From Aquificaceae bacterium (GTDB taxonomy: Bacteria > Aquificota > Aquificia > Aquificales > Aquificaceae): a stretch of DNA of 22,469 nt. Below are positions 1-7,358 of this stretch, piece by piece (position 1 is the stretch's first letter; the number at the start of each line of letters is the position of its first letter). The position numbers and the translations under genes are program-made. The DNA is taken from the NCBI GenBank assembly GCA_037924335.1, contig JAXSMZ010000025.1, positions 1 through 22,469 of the forward strand, given 5' to 3'. The notes under the pieces are model-generated. The model was not told the DNA's origin. It was given only the letters and a program-made list of their open reading frames with translations, and did not search any database.

Positions 1-573
1 GTAAAAGAGAAATATCAAAGATTGAGGCAAGCTCTCCAATCAAAAGGCACTCGCTCTGCAAAGAGAAAACTTAAAGAGGTAGCAGGGCGAGAGAAACGGT
101 TTGTGGAGAGTTTTATGCATTATGTGTCTAAATACCTTGTTAGCAAGTATCCACAAGCCCTCTTTGTAATGGAAGATTTAACTGGGATAAGAGAAAGAAG
201 AAAAATCAGAAGGAAGAATACAGAAGAGATAAGACAGTCTAATCAGTGGGCTTTTAGAAGTTTTCAATCAAAGCTCTATTACAAGTCCATTCTCTATAAT
301 GGCATCTCTCCTATCTTTGTAGACCCATCTTACATATCTCAGATGTGTCCTGTGTGTGGTTATACCTCAAAGGAAAACAGGAAAAGTCAATCAGAGTTTG
401 AATGTAAAAACTGTGGATACAAGGAACATGCAGACATAGTAGGTGCAACCAACATAATGGTAAGAGGGCTTGTGGAAGTTCAAGAACAGTATCAAGGGCT
501 GATTGTCAACCAGCCTAATGCTCTCCTTTATGGGATGGAGCAAGCTCCCGCTTCTTTAAGCAAGAGTAGTTGA
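1..573 (+). CDS. tnpB: TnpB RNA-guided endonuclease of IS200/IS605 family (5'-truncated by window edge)
   Basis: Frame is open from base 1 (VKEKYQRLRQALQSKGTRSAKRKLK). It carries the RuvC-II motif VMEDL, the QWAF helix, the zinc finger SQMCPVCG...FECKNCG and the RuvC-III motif HADIVGATNI. Confidence 0.93.
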   Translation, partial: VKEKYQRLRQALQSKGTRSAKRKLKEVAGREKRFVESFMHYVSKYLVSKYPQALFVMEDLTGIRERRKIRRKNTEEIRQSNQWAFRSFQSKLYYKSILYNGISPIFVDPSYISQMCPVCGYTSKENRKSQSEFECKNCGYKEHADIVGATNIMVRGLVEVQEQYQGLIVNQPNALLYGMEQAPASLSKSS

Positions 574-574
574 C
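1..574 (+). mobile_element. IS200/IS605-family (IS1341-like) element, right-hand part; right end at ~574
   Basis: tnpB is followed by CAAGCTCCCGCTTCTTTAAGCAAGAGTAGTTGAC (541-574): a subterminal hairpin, then GTAGTTGAC, which resembles IS605/IS1341 right ends. Confidence 0.82.
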
Positions 575-590
575 TCAAGCCTATATATTA
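440..590 (+). ncRNA. Putative TnpB omega-RNA (reRNA); scaffold to 574, guide from 575 (5' boundary approximate)
   Basis: Stem GGCTG(497-501)/CAGCC(511-515) has a loop GTCAAC(505-510) complementary to the terminal GTTGAC(569-574), forming a pseudoknot. Further stems: TGCTC(519-523)/GAGCA(538-542) and the right-end hairpin 545-566. Confidence 0.72.
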
Positions 591-1230
591 CAGGAAGTTT
601 TATTCTCACATCAACAGGAGGCTTGAGCATAAGTTTTTCTAGCCTCTTTACAGTCTTAATCGCATTCTCATCAAGTAATCTATATCCTGTACTCTGTTCA
701 ATCTTTATGTCCTCAACACGCCCATCTTTCGTAAGTAAAAAAGAAATTACCATTTTACCTTCCATTCCCAATTTTCTTGCAAGAGGTGGGTAAGTTAGAT
801 TTTGTTTTACTATGCTGGATATGACACCAAGCTTTTCTCTCAAAAACTCTTCACGAAGCTCTTTTGTTGCTTCGATGGCTTCACCCTCCTTTCTAGCTTT
901 TTCAGAGATAGCTTTTTCCATTTCCTGAACACCACCTTCCTTTGGTTTTATGCCCTCCGCTTTTGGTATCTCTACCTCACTTTTAGCCTCTGGTACAGCT
1001 TGCTCCTCTATAGAGGGTTTCTTTTTTACAGTTTCTGGTAATTTCTCTGGTTTTATCTCCTTCGAGGGTTTTGAAATTTCCTTTTCCACAACCTCCTTCT
1101 TTATTTCAACCTCGGTAAGGTCTATATCCACGACTTTATAAGATGGAAGTTTATAAAGAAGAAGAAAAAGGAGTAAACATAAATGTAAGAAGAAGGATGC
1201 TGAGTAAGCTCTTAATCTGTAATGCATCAC
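556..1230 (-). CDS. tonB: Energy transducer TonB
   Basis: N-terminal TM helix with SxxxH (SFFLH), Lys/Glu/Pro-rich linker and TonB C-domain YPPLARKLGMEGKMVISFLLTKDGRVEDIKIEQSTGYRLLDENA; lies downstream of exbBD. Confidence 0.92.
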   Translation of the reverse strand: MMHYRLRAYSASFFLHLCLLLFLLLYKLPSYKVVDIDLTEVEIKKEVVEKEISKPSKEIKPEKLPETVKKKPSIEEQAVPEAKSEVEIPKAEGIKPKEGGVQEMEKAISEKARKEGEAIEATKELREEFLREKLGVISSIVKQNLTYPPLARKLGMEGKMVISFLLTKDGRVEDIKIEQSTGYRLLDENAIKTVKRLEKLMLKPPVDVRIKLPVIYRLESTTLA

Positions 1231-1604
1231 TTGATCTCTGTTCTTATAGAGACCTTTGTAAACCCAAACATCTTAAGCATATCAAGGACGCTTACAAGAG
1301 CCTGAACTTTTGCATCTTTATCAGCAAAGACTTTTATATTGGAAGTCCTATCCACACCAGACATAACCATCTCCATATCTTTAAGGCTCATCTGCCTGCC
1401 GTTGACCATTATCGTGCCATCTTTTTTAATGACTATCTCAAAACCCTTGGTTTCTCCTTTTTCTTTGGACTTGGCGGTTGGAAGATTTACAGGTATAGAA
1501 CCTTGTACAACAAAAGTAGCAGTGATCAGCACTATGGTTAGAAGCACGAGCATTATATCGACCAAGGGTATTACGTTTATATCTTTAAACTCTCTCTCTT
1601 CCAT
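1227..1604 (-). CDS. exbD: Biopolymer transport protein ExbD
   Basis: INVIPLVDIMLVLLTIVLIT TM motif with the conserved Asp; C-terminal ADKDAKVQ periplasmic domain. Confidence 0.93.
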   Translation of the reverse strand: MEEREFKDINVIPLVDIMLVLLTIVLITATFVVQGSIPVNLPTAKSKEKGETKGFEIVIKKDGTIMVNGRQMSLKDMEMVMSGVDRTSNIKVFADKDAKVQALVSVLDMLKMFGFTKVSIRTEIK

Positions 1605-2019
1605 TTTTAGCTTCCCATAAGGCTACCTTTTCCCTTATCCTTCTCAGGAGTGTATTATAAAGTGTGGTTGATGGTATGGCCACTAAAAGCCCCACTGCAG
1701 TAGCCTTGAGAGCCAAAGCAAGACCTACCATCACCTTTTTTGTGTCCACAAAACCTTCCTGACCTATGGTATAGAAGGTGAGCATTATGCCAAGAACAGT
1801 ACCAAGAAGACCTATGTACGGTGCATTGGAACCTATGGTTGCTATCCAATGTATGCCTCTTGTTAAGTCTATTTCCATCTCCTGCTTTGTTTGGTATCTG
1901 CCCATGTCCACCTTCTTTATAAAGAGAAACCTCTCTATGGCTATGCCTACTGAGAAGATGCTAAGAATAAAGAGAAAGCCTATTATGCCATAGTCTACAG
2001 CATACTTTAGCCAGCTCAT
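1585..2019 (-). CDS. exbB: ExbB proton channel (short form)
   Basis: ATIGSNAPYIGLLGTVLGIM and ALKATAVGLLVAIP MotA/TolQ/ExbB motifs. Confidence 0.93.
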   Translation of the reverse strand: MSWLKYAVDYGIIGFLFILSIFSVGIAIERFLFIKKVDMGRYQTKQEMEIDLTRGIHWIATIGSNAPYIGLLGTVLGIMLTFYTIGQEGFVDTKKVMVGLALALKATAVGLLVAIPSTTLYNTLLRRIREKVALWEAKNGRERV

Positions 2020-2035
2020 AGGTTATTATTTTAAG

Positions 2036-2914
2036 TTAATTTTTAAAGATTATTACTTCAAAATAATCAAAAAATGCTTTATTGTAATAGACAGAACCAT
2101 CCTTAAAAAGCAAAAGGAACCCTATATCTTGATGTCTTCTGAGAAACTCCTCCCTTTCTCTGTCATCCATGGCAAAGATGGCCGTAGAAAGAGCATCTGC
2201 AAGGGTGCAGTCTGTATGCGCAACGCTCACCTGAAGCAGGTTGTTTGTTTTCCCCACAATATGCTCTCTGAAGTAGTTTCCAGATGTAGAAAGGCACAGG
2301 TCTTTTTTGTTTATGCCCTCCATAAGCACCCCACCAGTTGCAGGGTTGTAAATACCAATTAGCCTTTTGTGTCCCCAGACCTTCATATCTCCAGCTATGG
2401 ATATGAACCCCCAAGGTGTTTTTATACACTCATAAGCCTTTTGTACTGCGTACCCTTTGCCTATACCACCGAGGTCAATGGCCATGCCTTTCTCTTCCAA
2501 AAATACTTTGTCGTCCAAAGTTTTCACCTTTCTGTAGTCTATAAGTTTATTTGCTTGGTCTTTTGAAATTTCCTTTAGCCTTTTTGCTCTTATGGTCAAA
2601 GCTCCAACGGTTATGTCAAAAGCACCATCCGTCATCTGAGACACGTAAAGGGCTTTTTTGACCACCTCAAGGGTCTCTGGAGATACATCAACGGCTTTCC
2701 TCCCAGCGTACCTGTTTATCTTAGAGACCTCCGAGTCTTCTATATAGTCCGAAAGCTTTTCTTCTAGACTTCTCATATACTTGTAAGCCTCATGGTCTTT
2801 TCCATCCGGAAGATCCAAGATAGCATAAGTTCCCATTAGATAGAAAACTTTCTGCTCTGAGAAGGAGAGAGATATAAAAAAGATCAAGAGAGCAAGTAGG
2901 TGTGTTATATTCAT
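2036..2914 (-). CDS. apbE: FAD:protein FMN transferase (ApbE family), exported
   Basis: Signal peptide; motifs LMGT, SEVSKIN, TDGAFDITVG, IDLGGIGKGYA, STSGNY, ADALSTA. Confidence 0.92.
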   Translation of the reverse strand: MNITHLLALLIFFISLSFSEQKVFYLMGTYAILDLPDGKDHEAYKYMRSLEEKLSDYIEDSEVSKINRYAGRKAVDVSPETLEVVKKALYVSQMTDGAFDITVGALTIRAKRLKEISKDQANKLIDYRKVKTLDDKVFLEEKGMAIDLGGIGKGYAVQKAYECIKTPWGFISIAGDMKVWGHKRLIGIYNPATGGVLMEGINKKDLCLSTSGNYFREHIVGKTNNLLQVSVAHTDCTLADALSTAIFAMDDREREEFLRRHQDIGFLLLFKDGSVYYNKAFFDYFEVIIFKN

Positions 2915-2973
2915 AATTTAAGGGTAATCTTTTGGTTTGCTATTGCAAGCTAAATTTTATTAAAGGAGGAGAT

Positions 2974-4245
2974 ATGAGACGATTGCTTGAAACAGACCCA
3001 GAGATTTACGAAGCCATCTTAAAAGAGTACGAAAGACAGTTTTACCACCTTGAGCTTATAGCTTCAGAGAACTTTACATCCCTTGCCGTTATGGAAGCTC
3101 AAGGCTCAGTTATGACCAACAAGTACGCAGAAGGGCTACCCCACAAGAGATATTACGGTGGATGTGAGTTTGTAGATATAGCAGAAGACTTAGCCATAGA
3201 TAGAGTGAAAAAACTCTTCGGTGCGGAGCATGCAAACGTCCAGCCACACTCTGGAACTCAAGCCAACATGGCAGTATACATGGCTATGCTAAAGCCAGGA
3301 GACACAATAATGGGTATGGACTTGGCTCATGGGGGGCACCTATCACACGGTGCCAAGGTAAACTTCTCCGGGAAGATGTACAATGCAGTTTATTACGGAG
3401 TCAATCCAGAGACGGAGATCATAGATTACGATGCGATGTACAAGCTTGCCAAGGATCACAGGCCTAAGATGATAGTAGGAGGGGCATCAGCATACCCAAG
3501 GGTGATAGACTGGGAGAGGATGAGACAGATAGCGGACAACGTAGGTGCTTACCTTATGGTGGACATGGCGCACTATGCAGGCCTTATAGCTGGCGGTGTT
3601 TACCCAAACCCAGTGGCGTATGCTCACTTTGTAACTTCTACAACGCACAAAACACTGAGAGGGCCAAGGAGCGGTTTTATTCTATGCAAAGCAGAGTTTG
3701 CAAGGGAGATAGACAAGTCTGTTTTCCCTGGTATACAGGGTGGACCATTGATGCATGTGATAGCTGCAAAGGCTGTAGCCTTCAAGGAAGCACTCACAGA
3801 GGAGTTCAAAGAGTATGCAAAGCAAGTTGTAAAGAATGCAAGGGCTTTGGCTGAAGAGCTCATGAAAGAAGGCTTTAAGATAGTCTCCGGAGGTACAGAC
3901 AGCCATATGGTCCTTCTGGACCTCAGAAACACAGGACTAACGGGAAAAGAAGTAGAAGAAGCCCTCGGAAGAGCCAATATAACAGTCAACAAGAACGCAG
4001 TTCCCTTTGACCCACTTCCCCCTGTAAAGACGAGCGGTATAAGGATAGGCACTCCGGCAATGACCACAAGGGGCATGAAAGAGGACGAGATGAGACTCAT
4101 AGCAAGGCTCATATCTAGGGTCATAAAAGATATAAAGAACGATGCTCTTATAGAGAGGGTCAAGCAGGAAGTTATAGAGCTCTGCGAACACTTCCCGCTG
4201 TATCCAGAGCTGAAGTACAATATGGGAACAGTAAGAAAGGAGTAG
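2974..4245 (+). CDS. glyA: Serine hydroxymethyltransferase
   Basis: [15 protein letters not shown]...RYYGG, PLP-lysine motif [26 protein letters not shown]. Start moved to ATG 2974 behind the SD AAAGGAGG. Confidence 0.98.
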   Translation: MRRLLETDPEIYEAILKEYERQFYHLELIASENFTSLAVMEAQGSVMTNKYAEGLPHKRYYGGCEFVDIAEDLAIDRVKKLFGAEHANVQPHSGTQANMAVYMAMLKPGDTIMGMDLAHGGHLSHGAKVNFSGKMYNAVYYGVNPETEIIDYDAMYKLAKDHRPKMIVGGASAYPRVIDWERMRQIADNVGAYLMVDMAHYAGLIAGGVYPNPVAYAHFVTSTTHKTLRGPRSGFILCKAEFAREIDKSVFPGIQGGPLMHVIAAKAVAFKEALTEEFKEYAKQVVKNARALAEELMKEGFKIVSGGTDSHMVLLDLRNTGLTGKEVEEALGRANITVNKNAVPFDPLPPVKTSGIRIGTPAMTTRGMKEDEMRLIARLISRVIKDIKNDALIERVKQEVIELCEHFPLYPELKYNMGTVRKE

Positions 4246-4253
4246 TTTATAAG

Positions 4254-4736
4254 ATGGAGCTCGATATTGTAGAGTACGAGCTGAGCGATGAAATAAGAAG
4301 GGGAATAGATAGCATTCTCCAAAACCTTTTTTCCAAAACCAACCCTGAGCTCATAGTGCTCGCAGACGATGCTGGAAGGATAATTTCTTTGAAAGGAAAG
4401 ACTTCCGAAGAACTGGCAGAGTTTGTAGCGAGCCTCGTAAGCGGTATATTTGGAGCTACCTTAGAGATGGGTAAGATGCTCTCCATCAGTGAGCTTGATA
4501 TGGTCCAGTTTGAAAGCAAAGACAGTGATGTGATAATAAAGGCTGTAAAGCCAAGGTTTTTGATGGGGATTATGGTAAAGGGTGGCACAGCCATAGGGTC
4601 TGTAAGGCTTTTTCTCAAACAGGCAGCTCAAGAACTTGAAGAAACTCTTTCCCGTTTGGAGCTCGTGCCGAAGAAAGTAGTTAAGATAGACCTTCAAACC
4701 ATTGAGGATAAACTGAGAAAGGTCATGGGAGTATGA
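4254..4736 (+). CDS. mglB: Roadblock/LC7 protein, MglB-like GTPase-activating partner
   Basis: Roadblock pattern IVLADDAGRII...ASLVSGIFGATLEMGKML...AIGSVRLFLKQAAQEL; its stop overlaps the GTPase start (ATGA). Confidence 0.82.
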   Translation: MELDIVEYELSDEIRRGIDSILQNLFSKTNPELIVLADDAGRIISLKGKTSEELAEFVASLVSGIFGATLEMGKMLSISELDMVQFESKDSDVIIKAVKPRFLMGIMVKGGTAIGSVRLFLKQAAQELEETLSRLELVPKKVVKIDLQTIEDKLRKVMGV

Positions 4737-5305
4737 GGTTAAAGGTAGTTTATTTTGGCTCGAGCCTTGCTGGGAAAAGCACTAACGTAAAAAAGCTCTA
4801 TGAGATGCTGAGAGAGAGGGGAATAGTCAAAGGGGACATGATAAGCATGGAAACTGATGAGCAGAGAACGCTCTTTGTAGAAATGTTTATCAGCAGCATT
4901 AACATAGAGGGCATTGACCTTGAGATAAAGACTCTTACAACACCAGGGCAGTTTAGACTTCACCCTCTCAGAAAAGTTATACTAAAAGATGTTGACGGGC
5001 TTGTTTTTGTGGTAGATAGTCAAAAGGAAAGAGAGAGGGTAAACTTCCTTACCATGAGGGAAACTGCGGCAGTTCTAAAGGAGGAGGGGAGAAATCTGTT
5101 TGAGGTGCCGGTTGTAGTCCAATACAACAAAAGAGACATGCCAACAGCCATGCCAATAGAAGACATGGAGATGATGTTCAACCCATGGGGGACAGACTTT
5201 GTTGAGGCTGTTGCTATAAAAGGCGTGGGAGTGGTTGAGACTTTCATGAAGATTGTCAAGAACGTTTTGGTAAAAAAGTATGCAAAGGCGAGCAGTCTAC
5301 AGTGA
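4733..5305 (+). CDS. mglA: MglA-like small Ras-family GTPase
   Basis: G1 KVVYFGSSLAGKSTN, G2 RTLF (intrinsic Arg finger), G3 TTPGQ, DGLVFVVDS, G4 QYNKRD, G5 EAVA...GVGVVETF. Confidence 0.9.
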   Translation: MRLKVVYFGSSLAGKSTNVKKLYEMLRERGIVKGDMISMETDEQRTLFVEMFISSINIEGIDLEIKTLTTPGQFRLHPLRKVILKDVDGLVFVVDSQKERERVNFLTMRETAAVLKEEGRNLFEVPVVVQYNKRDMPTAMPIEDMEMMFNPWGTDFVEAVAIKGVGVVETFMKIVKNVLVKKYAKASSLQ

Positions 5306-6446
5306 ACTGAATTTAGGAGCTGTGAATCTAAACCAGCTATTTATTGATGTTTCCTCAAGGAAGCTTTCCGGGTACTTTAAGGTCTCTTATTGGGATGAGG
5401 ACCACTACATACTCTACACAGAAGGGGAAGCGATAACTGGTATGAGCATAGAGAGAGACGGGTCAAGGAAGAACATAGACTACAAAGGTTATAAGCCAAA
5501 GGAAATGTCCGGAACTGTATCTTTCTTTGAAGTACCTTTGATAAACGTGCTTTTGTTCAGAGACCAGCAGAGAACTCCACCGACCCCTTACAATTTTGTC
5601 TCCTATGGGCGTGAGTTCCTCTCCTGTATGAGGCTTTCTCACATCGATTTGGAAAAGCTCATGCATCATATGAAAGAGTCGCATTTGAATGGATACATGG
5701 TCCTGTCTAGCAATCGAGAGTTTCTCTTTATGGTCATGCTTCAGAAAGGAACACCTGTAGCTTTATATTCAGATAAAGGTTACAGCACTGATGGTCATAA
5801 GAGTTTTACAGTTGACAGAGAAAGTAGCTATATAGCTGCTTATGCTACAGAACCAGAAGTTCCACTGATCTTCGCTTCCATGGAAAACATGGAAAAAATC
5901 ATAGAGACGACTTTTATGAGCAGGGAAGAGTTCCTTTTAGTGCAGAAGGAAGTGTCCACAAAGAAAATGAATGCCTTCTTTGATGTTTTGCTCTATGGAG
6001 GCAAAAGGCTTTATGAGTTTTTTTACAGAGGTTCTTTGATTTTCAAAACTGTGCATGCGTTGGATGAGCTGATGGATGAACATACAGATATACTACCTGG
6101 TACTAAGAACAGATTCTCTCTGTACAGTCTTAGGATAAAAGAGTTTTTAAACCCAATGGACATTAGCATTGAAGTTGCTTCAAGAATTGCTCCACCATTA
6201 AGAGCCAACGCTGCATTTGAGTTCATAGAAGAGAGCAAGTTGGTTGCTGTGAGAGCATATTTTATAGAGGAGATAGGACCTATAGGTCCTTTGCTTTGGA
6301 ATAAGATACTCAAGGAGAGAGGCTATGAAGAGCGTCATATGACAAAAAATAACCTAATGGAGCTTATAGACATACTTTACAGAGAGATACCGGATGAAAA
6401 GCATGCAAAAAGGTTTTTAGAAAAAGCAAGGAGGGTAATAGAATGA
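5280..6446 (+). CDS. Hypothetical protein with three PATAN/DUF4388(DUF2226)-like repeats and a C-terminal helical 'IGPIG' domain
   Basis: Three units of helix-[K/H]xxG[Y/F]-strand-strand-G at aa ~15-85, ~122-190 and ~215-284; C-terminal FIEEIGPIGPLLW domain. Overlaps mglA by 26 nt and the next gene by ATGA. Confidence 0.6.
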   Translation: MQRRAVYSELNLGAVNLNQLFIDVSSRKLSGYFKVSYWDEDHYILYTEGEAITGMSIERDGSRKNIDYKGYKPKEMSGTVSFFEVPLINVLLFRDQQRTPPTPYNFVSYGREFLSCMRLSHIDLEKLMHHMKESHLNGYMVLSSNREFLFMVMLQKGTPVALYSDKGYSTDGHKSFTVDRESSYIAAYATEPEVPLIFASMENMEKIIETTFMSREEFLLVQKEVSTKKMNAFFDVLLYGGKRLYEFFYRGSLIFKTVHALDELMDEHTDILPGTKNRFSLYSLRIKEFLNPMDISIEVASRIAPPLRANAAFEFIEESKLVAVRAYFIEEIGPIGPLLWNKILKERGYEERHMTKNNLMELIDILYREIPDEKHAKRFLEKARRVIE

Positions 6447-7342
6447 GGCTACTACCAAGAAGCATAAAGTGGAAAGTTAGTCTTCCCATATTACTTTTGG
6501 GTCTAATCAGCGGTTTGGCTGTCGGTTTTTATTCCTATGAGAACACCATATCAACAGCCGTTGATACCTCAAGGGAAAAGATCAAAACAGCCATGACTTT
6601 TACTCAGGCATCGAGAGGATATGTGAGAAACACTCTAAGGCCTAAGATGTATAACCTTCTTGAAAGGGCAAGAGGATGCCTGCAGGAGGACTTTGTTTTG
6701 GAAGCAATGTCCTCGAGCTTTTTCACAGCTTCCATATTCAAGAAAGTGAGCGAAGATATGCCAAACTTTTCTCTTAGACAGGTGGCTTTTAACCCGTTGA
6801 ACCCCAAGGATAATCCAGATGCACTAGAAGCAAAGATAATAGCCTTTTTAAGAAGCTCAGGTCAGAAGGAGTATTATGGTATTGTGAACTACAAAGATGA
6901 GAGATACTTCCTGTACGCATCCGCCGTTATACCAGATGCGAGCTGTCTTACTTGCCATGGCCAAGTCCAGAATATGCCCAAGGTTATACAGGACCTATAT
7001 AAACCGGAGAGGGACCTAAACTGGGAGGTGGGTAAAGTTCAGGGGGCTGTGATGGTTTTTGTACCTTTTGAATCAACCATACTGAAAGCTCAGCTAGATG
7101 GTACATACAAAGGGGTAGGTATATTTTTTGTATTTTTACTGCTAGCCCTTTTTGTAATATTCTCCTTTGAGAGGCTTGTTTTCAACCCCATAAGCAAGCT
7201 TGAAAGAAAGGCTGAAGAGATAGCCAAAGGAAACGTAGATGAACCTATAGAGGTGAAATCTGACGATGAGATAGGGAGGTTGGCTGAGGCTTTTGAGAGA
7301 ATGAGGGTAAGCATAAAGAAGGTTATGGACCTTCTCAAGTAG
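6443..7342 (+). CDS. Membrane sensor: TM + Tll0287-like (DUF3365) heme c domain + TM + HAMP, no output domain
   Basis: LRQVAFNPLNPKDNPDALE, CxxCH motif CLTCH (6944-6958), WEVGKVQGA, second TM, HAMP PISKLERKAEEIAKGNVDEPIEVKSDDEIGRLAEAFERMR, then a stop. Confidence 0.85.
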   Translation: MRLLPRSIKWKVSLPILLLGLISGLAVGFYSYENTISTAVDTSREKIKTAMTFTQASRGYVRNTLRPKMYNLLERARGCLQEDFVLEAMSSSFFTASIFKKVSEDMPNFSLRQVAFNPLNPKDNPDALEAKIIAFLRSSGQKEYYGIVNYKDERYFLYASAVIPDASCLTCHGQVQNMPKVIQDLYKPERDLNWEVGKVQGAVMVFVPFESTILKAQLDGTYKGVGIFFVFLLLALFVIFSFERLVFNPISKLERKAEEIAKGNVDEPIEVKSDDEIGRLAEAFERMRVSIKKVMDLLK

Positions 7343-7344
7343 GC

Positions 7345-7350
7345 TATAAT
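7345..7350 (+). promoter_or_regulatory. -10 box TATAAT 8 nt before proS ATG (probable leaderless or near-leaderless promoter)
   Basis: TATAAT-agactttt-ATG with no SD sequence. Confidence 0.6.
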
Positions 7351-7358
7351 AGACTTTT

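Noticed and set aside
802..1993. Several plus-strand ORFs (79, 63, 132, 93, 71 aa) over tonB/exbBD
   Set aside because: Antisense shadows of well-supported genes.
2932..2973. TTG-start extension of glyA
   Set aside because: A strong SD precedes ATG 2974, where homology begins.
3624..4322. 232-aa antisense ORF
   Set aside because: Shadow of glyA/mglB on the opposite strand; Ser/Leu/Phe-rich with no motifs.
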